DNA from: Candidatus Magasanikiibacteriota bacterium
GTDB taxonomy: Bacteria > Patescibacteriota > Patescibacteriia > Magasanikbacterales > UBA922
Direction: 5' to 3'
DNA length: 64,000 nt
NCBI GenBank assembly: GCA_903837125.1
Contig: CAILTG010000025.1
Location: 1,340-65,339 of the forward strand
The position numbers were made by a program, and so were the translations under genes. The notes under the pieces were generated by a model. That model was not told the origin of the DNA, searched no databases, and worked only from the letters and a program-made list of their open reading frames with translations. Positions 1 through 8,944 of the stretch are shown here, piece after piece (position 1 is the stretch's first letter; each line of letters opens with the position of its first letter).

Positions 1-397
1 TAAAGTAAGCATCTTCATTGGTGCTTAAAATATCACGCAAATAGTTTTTAAAACCTTCTATACCTTTGTAAATGTAAGAAGCTTCTAGCTGGGGTCTGCT
101 TTCGTATTCTTTCATTAAGCTCGGCATGGCCTTTTCTAAGCGGGTTCTTTTTTCGTCTACAAGTTCTAGCAATTTCATTGGCTCTACTGGTTTAAAAAGG
201 GTATCGCCTCTGCCGATAATTTCAAAAACCAACCCTTTTTCAATTAAGCGATTCATTGAATCATAAATATTGCGGCGGTGAATTTTACTTTTTCTGGAAA
301 TATTAGAAACAGTGGTTTCTTTTTCTTGGAGGAGTGTTTCATAAATTTTTGCTTCATTTATTGAAAGTCCTAATTCATTTAAAATTTGGCTATACAT
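1..397 (-). CDS. TrmB-family HTH transcriptional regulator (runs off window start)
   Basis: Hand translation from ATG at 397: MYSQILNELGLSINEAKIYETLL...HRRNIYDSMNRLIEKGLV...YIYKGIEGFK; not in ORF track. Confidence 0.85.
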   Translation of the reverse strand, partial: MYSQILNELGLSINEAKIYETLLQEKETTVSNISRKSKIHRRNIYDSMNRLIEKGLVFEIIGRGDTLFKPVEPMKLLELVDEKRTRLEKAMPSLMKEYESRPQLEASYIYKGIEGFKNYLRDILSTNEDAYF

Positions 398-414
398 AGC
401 GATAATATTATAAA

Positions 415-472
415 GTGGTGATAACATACACCACGTGGTGTTATTTACCACTCGTTTAGTATTATATATACT
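415..472. promoter_or_regulatory. Two tandem inverted repeats (candidate TrmB operators) overlapping a + strand promoter TTTACC-17-TATACT
   Basis: GTGGTG-ataacata-CACCAC (415-434), GTGGT-gttattt-ACCAC (435-451); -35 at 444-449, -10 at 467-472. Confidence 0.55.
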
Positions 473-478
473 TCTCGG

Positions 479-556
479 TTACTCTGCAAGCTGTTGCTGT
501 GCATAACAGGCAGTGGTGGAGCGGAGTGATAGGGTGCTCTTTGAAAAACCAGGGAG
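479..556 (+). promoter_or_regulatory. Structured leader: hairpin, boxA-like motif and Shine-Dalgarno
   Basis: TTACTCTGC 479-487 pairs with GCGGAGTGA 521-529; TGCTCTTTGAAAA 535-547; GGGAG 552-556. Confidence 0.5.
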
Positions 557-562
557 AAAATC

Positions 563-1156
563 ATGACAAAGTTTATCACAGTGCTGGCGGTTCTGTTCCT
601 GTCCACAGTGGCCAAGGCTGACGAGTTCAACATCCGGTTCCTGTTGCACGGGCACAAGGAGATCGGCAAGGGGTTCGGGATGTCGGGTTGGGTGATCGCG
701 CCCAACATCACTTCGGCTCCGAGCAAGTGGCTCACCGTCGCAGGCCCGTCATACGACGGCCAGGGCTGGAACATCGAGGCCATGGTCGGGGCGGTCGTCG
801 CGAACGGTCAAGGTAAGGTGCTGATCGACGCCCGACTGGAGCTCACGCCCAAGCTGTTCGGCATTCCGCTCTACACCTGGCACAACTTCCAGTGGATCAA
901 CTCTGGCGGGCGCGGCACGTTCTACTGGTACAGCCAGTTGGACTACGTGCTGCCCAAGGGGGTGGGGCTCCTCGGTGCGGAGACCGAGAACTCCTATGAT
1001 TTTCAGGCGAAAAATGGCGACTTCAGTGTCGCCCCGCAGGTCGTGGTGCCGTTCGGCGAACACTTCGTGCTCGTGGCCGCGCCGCAGTTCCACTTCAACA
1101 AGCTCGGCAAGTACACCGGATTGCAGATGTGGTTCCGGGCGGTGGCGAACTTCTAA
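563..1156 (+). CDS. High-GC secreted protein, predicted beta-strand-rich (beta-barrel-like), C-terminal Phe
   Basis: Signal peptide ending AKA; alternating hydrophobic/aromatic strands; ends LQMWFRAVANF; sampled lines 58-65% GC. Confidence 0.7.
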   Translation: MTKFITVLAVLFLSTVAKADEFNIRFLLHGHKEIGKGFGMSGWVIAPNITSAPSKWLTVAGPSYDGQGWNIEAMVGAVVANGQGKVLIDARLELTPKLFGIPLYTWHNFQWINSGGRGTFYWYSQLDYVLPKGVGLLGAETENSYDFQAKNGDFSVAPQVVVPFGEHFVLVAAPQFHFNKLGKYTGLQMWFRAVANF

Positions 1157-1269
1157 CGTTCTTTTAATATGGGGGTGGTCGACTAATAAAAGGTTAGTCA
1201 ACTCATGCGGCCGGTGCATGTAAAAAACCGGAATTCCTTTTTTACATTATTAACTATAGTGTCAAAAAG

Positions 1270-1308
1270 AAAACAAAAATCCCGACTTATCATCAGGATT
1301 TTTTGTTT
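1270..1308 (+). terminator. Intrinsic terminator
   Basis: aaaaatcccga-cttatca-tcaggattttttg hairpin with T tract. Confidence 0.55.
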
Positions 1309-1324
1309 GCTGTGGATAAGGTAG

Positions 1325-1384
1325 TTGACATGTGATAGTTTATAGTATATAATTCATACTATGAACTATGTACTATAAACTATG
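1325..1384 (+). promoter_or_regulatory. Consensus sigma70 promoter with overlapping repeat operator
   Basis: TTGACA 1325-1330, 17 bp, TATAAT 1348-1353; ATAGTTTATAGTA 1335-1347 inverted at 1371-1383. Confidence 0.75.
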
Positions 1385-2143
1385 AAGACAGATACCAACA
1401 AAAAAATATTTGAATTTATAAAAGAAAAAGGTCAGGTGACTCCTAAGGAAATTGTTAATTTTATTGGTTTTAGCGCTCCAGCTGTTTTTCGTCAGTTAAA
1501 AAAACTCCAAGAGAGTGGTTTAGTGCAAAAGAGTGGCTGTCCGCCTAGTGTGTTTTATCATCTACCAATGACTGAAAAAGAACGGTTAGTCCAAGAGACA
1601 ATCAAATGGGTGTGTGACAAAGAAGCAAATATAATTAATAATCAAGATTTTTATTGTTCGGCTCGGGATATTTTTCAATTTAGAAATGAACGGATATTGA
1701 AAACTTTATTTGACAATGGTGTAAATGAATCGTTATCATACCTTTTAATTGCGGCGATAGGCGAAATTGGCAATAATTCTTTTGATCATAACCTTGGGAA
1801 ATGGCGTGACGTGCCTGGTGTTTATTTTAAAGTTGATATGGGGCAAAGATTAGTTATGCTTGGTGATAGGGGTCAAGGTGTATTCGCAACATTAAATAAA
1901 ATCCGGCCGGATATTGAAAATGATAAGGAAGCTTTGCATATTGCCTTTACTGAAATAGTTTCTGGACGTTCTCCTGAACGCAGAGGTAATGGCCTAAAAT
2001 TTGTAAAAAAGGTGTTAGTGGAAAATAATTTAAAATTATTATTTTATTCTGGCAGAGGATTGTGTGAAATTAAAAATCAACAAGTATTTTTTACTATAAT
2101 AGAAAAAAATATTCTCGGAACCGTTGTGATAATTGAATTTTAA
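1382..2143 (+). CDS. Winged-HTH plus histidine-kinase-like ATPase domain protein
   Basis: N-terminal wHTH; N-box EIGNNSFDH, G1 DRGQG, G2 RGNGL. Confidence 0.75.
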   Translation: MKTDTNKKIFEFIKEKGQVTPKEIVNFIGFSAPAVFRQLKKLQESGLVQKSGCPPSVFYHLPMTEKERLVQETIKWVCDKEANIINNQDFYCSARDIFQFRNERILKTLFDNGVNESLSYLLIAAIGEIGNNSFDHNLGKWRDVPGVYFKVDMGQRLVMLGDRGQGVFATLNKIRPDIENDKEALHIAFTEIVSGRSPERRGNGLKFVKKVLVENNLKLLFYSGRGLCEIKNQQVFFTIIEKNILGTVVIIEF

Positions 2144-2145
2144 AT

Positions 2146-2412
2146 ATGAAATTAGTACTCAAAAAATTTGGAGTAATTTTAACTTCTAGGCCTGCTGGTA
2201 GGGAGGCTTTTAATTCGGTTATGGCTTATGTTTTAGATAAGGTAGAAGCTAGTGAAAAAATTGAAATAGATTTTACAGGCGTGCAAGTTTTAGCACCCTC
2301 TTGGGCCGATGAGTTTATTTCTTCCTTGGCAAAGGAATATCCTGGACAAGTTATTTTGTTGCCCAGTGATAATGCTTCAGTAAAGGCTTCTTTAGAATTT
2401 GTAAAAATTTAA
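2146..2412 (+). CDS. STAS-like (DUF4325-type) protein
   Basis: LTSRPAGREA, IDFTGVQVLAPSWADE motifs; coupled to ATPase gene. Confidence 0.75.
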   Translation: MKLVLKKFGVILTSRPAGREAFNSVMAYVLDKVEASEKIEIDFTGVQVLAPSWADEFISSLAKEYPGQVILLPSDNASVKASLEFVKI

Positions 2413-2497
2413 TTAAAATATTTTAAAATGTAATAAATGAGTTGTCCGAAAAAATCGGACAGTTAAAATTAATAATAATATTTAATAACATATAAAT

Positions 2498-2720
2498 ATG
2501 AGGGGGAAAATAAATAAATCAATAACTAATTTTGAAAACCAGCCGGTACGTCGTGTTTGGGATGAAGGAAAAGAGAAGTGGTATTTTAACAGAGAGCCAA
2601 GATGGACGGACTTATTGGAAAGTACTTAAACATCGCCTGAATAAAGAGGGGGCGAATCAGTTGGTTACAAATTGTAACCAACTGAAATTGGTGGCTGAAG
2701 ATAAGAAAAAGTTGAGATAA
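2498..2720 (+). pseudogene. Bro-N/antirepressor-like DNA-binding protein remnant
   Basis: MRGKINKSITNFENQPVRRVWDEGKEKWYF, then frame change to LTESQDGRTYWKVLKHRLNKEGANQLVTNCNQLKL; truncated. Confidence 0.7.
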
Positions 2721-2967
2721 TAATTATATTATAGTATATGGAAATTCAAGAATTTACCATTTTAATAAATAAATTGATTGAATTGGGTGAAGATAAAAAT
2801 GAATTAACAATGTGGCAGAGTATTTTCCCCAAACTAAAATTAGAGGAAAAGAATAAGTTGTTGAAAAATTTAGAAGATGAATTGAAACAGCTGGAAGCAC
2901 TGAAAAAATAACCCTAGGATGACCTCCAGGTTTGTTTGCCAAGAAGAGAAAAAGAAGGTAAAATACT

Positions 2968-3045
2968 AACACGATACAATATACATGGAATAAAATACAA
3001 TATTGTTTTTTTCGTGTATATTTTTACGTGTATTTTGTATTTTGT
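2968..3045. repeat. Degenerate AATACA/TGTATT inverted microrepeat element
   Basis: atacaatataca...aaaatacaa followed by gtgtatattttt...gtgtattttgtattttg; similar tracts near 5684, 17763, 27336, 35058. Confidence 0.55.
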
Positions 3046-3051
3046 TAAGCT

Positions 3052-4161
3052 ATGCAAACCACACTTCTTATTATAATTTCACTCGGTTTTATTTTCGCCG
3101 TGTTTTTGTTATATATAATGTATAGAAAAATGGGTGATCTGCAAAAACCCCAGACAGGGGATCAGAATTTATTTGTAATGTTGCAAAGTCAGATTCAGGA
3201 ATTGTCCCGCTCCAATCTAGATTTGTCTAAAATGGTAGATCAAAAAATGTCAGATACTCATAAGGTAGTTATGGATAATCAACAGCATTTGCATCAAACT
3301 ATTCAAAATCAATTTTCTCAAAGCGCCAAAATTATTACCGATGTTACCGAGCGTTTAACTAAATTGGATGAAACCAATCGGCAAGTAGTTGGTGTGGCGG
3401 AACAATTGCAAGGCTTAGAAAATGTTTTAAAAAATCCTAAACATCGAGGAGTTTTGGGTGAATATTTTTTAGAGAATGTTTTGAAAAATGTCATGGCGCC
3501 GGGCGGTTATGAAATGCAATATAAATTTAAAGATGGTGATATTGTGGACGCGGTGGTATTTGTAAAAGATAAAATTATTCCGATTGATTCTAAATTTAGT
3601 CTGGAAAATTACAACCGCATTCTAGAAGAAAAAGACGAAAGCAGAAAAGAAGAGCTGGAAAAATTATTTAAACAAGATTTGAAAAATCGTATTGACGAAA
3701 CTGCCAAATATATTAAACCAAAGGAAAATACTATGGATTTTGCCTTTATGTTTATTCCAGCCGAAGGCATTTATTATGATTTGTTAATCAATAAAGTTGG
3801 AGTAATAAAAATGAATACTCAAGATTTAATTGAGTATGCGTTTAAAGATAAGCATGTAATTATTGTTTCACCAACTTCATTTTTTGCTTATTTGCAAACA
3901 GTAATGCAGGGTCTTCGCGCACTTCAAATAGAAGAAAGTGCCAAAGAAATTAGAAAACAAGTAGAACAGCTGGGGAAGCACTTATTATCTTATGAAGATT
4001 ATTTGAAGAAAATGGGTAATAATTTAACGACGACCGTGAACATGTATAATTCCGCTTATAAAGAATTTGGCAAGATTGATAAAGACGTGATGAGAATAAC
4101 GGAAGGGGAGAAGAGCGTAGAACCATTGCAGTTGGAGAAACCGATTCTTGAAAATGACTAA
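3052..4161 (+). CDS. rmuC: DNA recombination protein RmuC
   Basis: N-terminal TM, coiled coil, RGVLGE, IDSKF, FAFMFIPAEG motifs. Confidence 0.92.
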   Translation: MQTTLLIIISLGFIFAVFLLYIMYRKMGDLQKPQTGDQNLFVMLQSQIQELSRSNLDLSKMVDQKMSDTHKVVMDNQQHLHQTIQNQFSQSAKIITDVTERLTKLDETNRQVVGVAEQLQGLENVLKNPKHRGVLGEYFLENVLKNVMAPGGYEMQYKFKDGDIVDAVVFVKDKIIPIDSKFSLENYNRILEEKDESRKEELEKLFKQDLKNRIDETAKYIKPKENTMDFAFMFIPAEGIYYDLLINKVGVIKMNTQDLIEYAFKDKHVIIVSPTSFFAYLQTVMQGLRALQIEESAKEIRKQVEQLGKHLLSYEDYLKKMGNNLTTTVNMYNSAYKEFGKIDKDVMRITEGEKSVEPLQLEKPILEND

Positions 4162-4270
4162 TTTCTAATATCCAATGTCAAATCAATGACAAATACTAAA
4201 TGTCAAAATTTGAAATTTAGTATTTAGATTTTGGATTTTATTGGAAATTGGTAATTGGTAATTTGAAATT
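4160..4270. repeat. Degenerate heptamer tandem/inverted repeat tract
   Basis: aatttct-aatatcc-aatgtca... then ttggaaa-ttggtaa-ttggtaa-tttgaaa. Confidence 0.6.
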
Positions 4271-4282
4271 ACTAAGAATTGC

Positions 4283-4320
4283 TTGACAATTTTAGCTAAG
4301 CATAGTATAGTAATGCCACT
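4283..4320 (+). promoter_or_regulatory. rpsT promoter
   Basis: TTGACA-17-TATAGT followed by AATGCCACT. Confidence 0.7.
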
Positions 4321-4353
4321 CTCATGTAAATAATTTATTAAAGAAAAGTTGTT

Positions 4354-4620
4354 ATGCCAATTAAAGAAAATGCCAAGAAGGCTGTGCGTCAGGCAAAAAA
4401 ACATGCGGTCGGTAATTTGGCAGTAAAAACTGCTTTTAAAAAAGCGGTTAAAATAGCCAAAAAAGCCCTTGAAGTTAAAAAGGGTGATGTAAAAGAAGAA
4501 ATTCGTTTAGCTCAAAAAATGTTGGACAAAGCCGTAAAAAAAGGCGTGTTAAAACGTAATGCTGCGGCCAGAAAATTGTCCAGACTGGTGAAAAAAGTGA
4601 ATTTGGTTGCTAAGAAATAG
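4354..4620 (+). CDS. rpsT: 30S ribosomal protein S20
   Basis: MPIKENAKKAVRQ...LDKAVKKGVLKRNAAARKLSRL. Confidence 0.95.
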   Translation: MPIKENAKKAVRQAKKHAVGNLAVKTAFKKAVKIAKKALEVKKGDVKEEIRLAQKMLDKAVKKGVLKRNAAARKLSRLVKKVNLVAKK

Positions 4621-4636
4621 AATTTGTATAAAACTA

Positions 4637-4672
4637 AAATAAACCATCCCGCGAGTGGGGTGGTTTATTGTT
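4637..4672. terminator. Terminator between convergent rpsT and holA
   Basis: aataaaccatccc-gcgagt-ggggtggtttatt hairpin. Confidence 0.6.
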
Positions 4673-4705
4673 TAGTGGTTATTATGGATAAGAAAAAATG
4701 GGTAA

Positions 4706-5680
4706 CTAGTTGGTAGTTAGTTTTCCTACAAACAAATCCAACATTAAAGACTGGTCGCCTTGGCCAGTTTTTGTTTTAATATCAATTTCTAAAAGTTGCT
4801 CATAAATATTTTTTAATTCAACCATGGTGTAGCGTTTAATTAAAGGCAGAGATTTTTTTACAACGTAGGGATGTAAACCGGTTTTTTGGGCGATTTGGTC
4901 ACTGGTTAATTTGTCTTCACGTTCAAATAAATCACGTAGTTCTAATAAAATTTTAAATTGGCGCAGGATCATGGCAAAAATGTAACCAGCGTCCTCGCCC
5001 TTTCGGTACTGTTCTTGGATCATTTGAAAAACTTGTTTAGTAAGTTTTCCGACAATGGCGTCTACTAAATTAAAAATATTATCATCGATTTTTTCATTTA
5101 AAAATAATTGGACATCGGCTAGTTCAATTTCTAAATTTTGTTTGTAGGCCAGGAGTTGCTCAATTAAAGAATTTAATTTCCAGGTATCTCCCAAGCTATT
5201 ATTCATTAAATAAGAAAGAGCTGCTTGGTTGATGGTGCCTGTCTGTTCTTTAATTTCCTGGTTAATCCAAGCAGCTAATTTGGTTCCAGTTAGAATTTCA
5301 AAATTTTGTGAATATTTTTCTTTGCTCAATATTTCCCATAATTCTTTGGCCACTTTGGTTTTAGGTTTTTCTTCTCCTTCCCAAAATATATAATTGTTGC
5401 ATTCGGGCAGGTTTTTGGTATTAATTTTTTGTAAGACATTTTCTTGTGCCTCTTGTTTTTTGGTGGCTGATAATAAATTTTATAAAATAACCAATTTTTT
5501 TTCGGCCAAAAAAGGCGGAGTTAAAATTTGCTCTAAAATATAAGAAGGTTCACTGACGCGGCAGTCCAAAACGACAACATTAAAACCTTGCGGGTCACGA
5601 TCCGTTTTAAATTTTTCGATCATTTTTTTGAGTTGTTTCCGGCTTCTAAAGGTGTCTGGACCGGAGAGGAAGATGAGCAT
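4706..5680 (-). CDS. holA: DNA polymerase III delta subunit with in-frame TAA at 5480-5482
   Basis: MLIFLSGPDTF...PFLAEKKLVIL*NLLS... continues in the same frame to IFNLVDAI, LHPYVVKK, LLEIDIKTKTG. Confidence 0.85.
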
Positions 5681-5891
5681 AATTACAAAACACAAAATAC
5701 ACGTATAAATATACAACATATCTGTATTTAAATCCAGGCATATTGTATTTTTCCATTCTGATACTTTTATATTAGAGCGCAAGGCTTTTGGCTTATACAC
5801 ACTAACCGGTTTTTATTTAAGGGCTATTATGGTATAATTTGCATGAGAATTGCCTTCTTGATAAGGCAAATGTTGTTTAATTTTTTTAAAT

Positions 5892-8282
5892 ATGATTTCA
5901 AATAACTGGGAACGTGTTGAAGAGCTGAAAGAACGGGTCGAGCCACAACAAGGTTTTTTGAATGATTCTTATCAGAAGTATAATTCAGGTAAATTGAAGG
6001 TATTTTTTGATAAAATACCTTATTATTTATTACTTTTAACAGTACTGACAGTGCCTTTATTTTATGATAAGAATTTGTTAAATTTTTATGTTTTACCAAA
6101 ACAGGTATTATTTATAAGCTTGGTTGTACTTACACTCTTATTTTGGCTTATTAAACTGTCTTTTAGCAAGGAATTATTTTGGAAGCATTCAGTTTTGTAT
6201 TTGTTTGTTGGTTTATTTTTGCTTTCGGGGTTTATTTCTACTGTTTTTTCAGCCTCAATTTATGATAGTCTGTTTGGGCGTACAGATTTTTTTGTTGCCA
6301 ATTTTGTTTTTTTCTTTTTTTTGGTCTTATTTTTTTTGTTACTTGTCAATAATCTCAATTCACCAGCGCGTTGGTTAAAAATGCTGAATACTTTAATTTT
6401 TGTGGGTGGTTTGACGGCTTTATTTTTTGTGCTAAAAGTAGTTTTGCATTTAAACTTGGCTTTTTTAGATGGAGTTTGGAATACCGTGGATGGTTTTAAT
6501 AGTCTTTTTGGCATCTGGACAATTTTGGTATTTATCTTATCAGCCGGATTTTTAACTAAAAAAAATGTTTCAATATTTCGGTCAGTTTTATATTTAATTG
6601 TGGCCTTGCTCTGTTTGGTGGTACTGTTACTTTTGAGTTTTAATTTGCTTTGGTGGCTGTTAATTATTGGTTTAGTTCTAGTTTTATTTTTTGGTGTAGC
6701 TTCAATTCATGAATCAAGGCCTTTTTGGCTTTCTTTTTGGTTTGTAGTTTTGGTTTTAACGGTAATATTATTAATATTTGGTAGTCCTAAATTTTTGCAA
6801 ACAGCAGTACCAACCGAGGTGGCTCTGGGTCTTTCACCATCTTGGTCAGTGACCAGTCAAAGTATTTTTTCCGGTATTAAAACTTTTGTTTTTGGCAGTG
6901 GTTTGGGTACCTTTGGTTTTGATTTTTCACATTTTAGGTCGGCTGATTTTAATTATAATGATTTGGTTTGGTCATTCCGTTTTGGTCAACCATTTAATTC
7001 ATTATTGGCGATTTTGAGTGAAAGTGGAGTGTTGTCTGCGGTTTTGTTTGTTTTTATCATCTTAATGGTTATCGGTTATACTTTGCAGAGTTGGTTGAAG
7101 ACCTACAAAGGAAAAATTTTTGATTGGCAGTTTGGTGTTTATTTAGTTTTTGCTGGCTGGTTTTTTCTTACCATTGGTTTGTTTTTTAATTTTTATGGGC
7201 CAGTTTTATGGTTTGCCTGGTGGTTGCTTTTGGGGATGGTGATTTCTGGTTTACATCTTTTTGGGGTAGGTAATATTATAAAAGAAAAAATTTGGAAATT
7301 AACTGATACTCCTCAATATAATTTGGTTTTTTCTTTTGCTACAATATTAGCCATTGCGGTTTTGTTAATAGTAGGAATTTTTGGTATAAATTTTTATCGG
7401 GCAGAATTTTTGTACGCTGCGGCCCTAAAGACTAATGATTATAAGGTTGCTGAAACGAATTTGCTCAAAACTTTGTCTTTACGTGGCAATTTAGATATTT
7501 ATCATATTGCTTTAGGTCGGGTTTATTTATTGGAATCGGCAGCTAAAGCCAAAGAGGTCAATCCCGATTTAAAAGTGGTGGCAGAATTAGTTGGTAAAGC
7601 AGTAAATGAAGCTAAAGCTGCTGCGGATCTTTCGCCGAATTCAATAGCTGTGTGGGAAAATTTAACTACCATGTATGAGAATGCCAGTGTTTTGGTGCCA
7701 GAAGCCCAGGAGTGGGTAGTAAAATCTTTGGATCAAGCTATTAAATTAGAACCAACTAATCCAGTTTTGTATTGGCGATTGGGTAATAATTATAATAATA
7801 CAAATAAGTTTTTAGAAGCAATTAGTAATTATAAAAAAGCCATTGATTTGAAGAAAAATTATGTTGGTGCTTATGTTGGTTTGTCCTTGGCTTATGAAAG
7901 AAATAAACAATTGAAGGAAGCTATTGATACTTATTGGACTGCCGGACCTTATATAGTTAATAATCCGGATGCTTTGTTTGATTATGGCCGTCTTTTGTAT
8001 AATAGAAATGAAAAAGACGACCGTGATAATGCAGAAAAATTGTGGTTAGAGGCAGTTCGCTTACAGCCTAGTCATTCTAATGCTTTGTATAGTTTGGGAT
8101 TATTTTATGAAGCCAGAGGTGATGTTAACAAGGCTTTAGCATATTACAATCAGGTAAAAGAATTAAATCCTGGAAATAAAGATGTTGAAGCAAAAATTAA
8201 TTCTTTTTATAGTACTCCAGTTGAGTTGGTAATTCCAGTTAGTAACACTGATGTTAAAACTACAAGTACTAAAAAGAAATGA
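5892..8282 (+). CDS. Multi-TM O-antigen-ligase-like membrane protein with C-terminal TPR repeats
   Basis: Many TM helices, GSGLGTF...NSLLAILSESG loop, TPR motifs. Confidence 0.7.
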   Translation: MISNNWERVEELKERVEPQQGFLNDSYQKYNSGKLKVFFDKIPYYLLLLTVLTVPLFYDKNLLNFYVLPKQVLFISLVVLTLLFWLIKLSFSKELFWKHSVLYLFVGLFLLSGFISTVFSASIYDSLFGRTDFFVANFVFFFFLVLFFLLLVNNLNSPARWLKMLNTLIFVGGLTALFFVLKVVLHLNLAFLDGVWNTVDGFNSLFGIWTILVFILSAGFLTKKNVSIFRSVLYLIVALLCLVVLLLLSFNLLWWLLIIGLVLVLFFGVASIHESRPFWLSFWFVVLVLTVILLIFGSPKFLQTAVPTEVALGLSPSWSVTSQSIFSGIKTFVFGSGLGTFGFDFSHFRSADFNYNDLVWSFRFGQPFNSLLAILSESGVLSAVLFVFIILMVIGYTLQSWLKTYKGKIFDWQFGVYLVFAGWFFLTIGLFFNFYGPVLWFAWWLLLGMVISGLHLFGVGNIIKEKIWKLTDTPQYNLVFSFATILAIAVLLIVGIFGINFYRAEFLYAAALKTNDYKVAETNLLKTLSLRGNLDIYHIALGRVYLLESAAKAKEVNPDLKVVAELVGKAVNEAKAAADLSPNSIAVWENLTTMYENASVLVPEAQEWVVKSLDQAIKLEPTNPVLYWRLGNNYNNTNKFLEAISNYKKAIDLKKNYVGAYVGLSLAYERNKQLKEAIDTYWTAGPYIVNNPDALFDYGRLLYNRNEKDDRDNAEKLWLEAVRLQPSHSNALYSLGLFYEARGDVNKALAYYNQVKELNPGNKDVEAKINSFYSTPVELVIPVSNTDVKTTSTKKK

Positions 8283-8303
8283 TTAAAATAAGAGTTGTTT
8301 TTT

Positions 8304-8942
8304 ATGAAAAAGCCAAAAATGGGAGTGATTTTATTGATGTTGGGTTGGTTGTTGGTACCTCTTGTTACTTCCGCGGTGATGAGTTCCTCAAATTACACAA
8401 TTTATGCTGATACTTTTAGTTTAGGCGGGGATTTAAGCACCAGCACTAATTATTCTTTGCAGGGCTCAGCAGTTGGAGTTCCGGTAGGTATTTCTACCAG
8501 TTCAACTTATGAAATTCGTGCTGGTTATCAGGCAATGGAGTATGGAAGTATTAGTGTGGATTTTAGTAAAAATTCACTAGATTTGGGAGTTTTAAGTCCA
8601 GTGGTGGTGAAAAGTGATAGTACAGTGGTGACTATTTCTATTGATTCACCTGGTGGTTATACCTTGTCTCTTGGTAGTGTCAGTGCGGCTCCTTTGGCTC
8701 CGGTAAGTGGGGGTGCAGTGGTAGCCGGGACAGAGGGTTATGGAATAGCAGTTACCGGGGCAAACAGGTCTTTTATTAATGACCAACCAATTGCCGCGAA
8801 TTTGATTTTAGCCTCAACCAATAGTTCAGTTGTTAGTGATCAAGAGACATTAGTAGTAAAGGCGGCAATTGGTAGTAATTCAAATGCAATTGGTTTGAGT
8901 GGTGGTCAGACTATTGCTATAAATGGTTCGGCAAACTTTTAG
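8304..8942 (+). CDS. Secreted Ser/Thr-rich beta protein (WxL-like surface subunit)
   Basis: Signal peptide, MSSSNYTI motif, C-terminal ANF; ATG at 8304 preferred. Confidence 0.55.
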   Translation: MKKPKMGVILLMLGWLLVPLVTSAVMSSSNYTIYADTFSLGGDLSTSTNYSLQGSAVGVPVGISTSSTYEIRAGYQAMEYGSISVDFSKNSLDLGVLSPVVVKSDSTVVTISIDSPGGYTLSLGSVSAAPLAPVSGGAVVAGTEGYGIAVTGANRSFINDQPIAANLILASTNSSVVSDQETLVVKAAIGSNSNAIGLSGGQTIAINGSANF

Positions 8943-8944
8943 TT

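Noticed and set aside
479-560. boxA as a sign of an rRNA operon
   Set aside because: No rRNA sequence follows; a protein gene does
445-1223. ORFs 445-783(-), 749-1219(-) and 975-1223(+)
   Set aside because: Shadow frames of the high-GC gene; only 563-1156 has an SD, a signal peptide and coherent composition
5480-5482. Stop-codon recoding as explanation of split holA
   Set aside because: The stop is TAA, and TAA, TAG and TGA all end other genes normally
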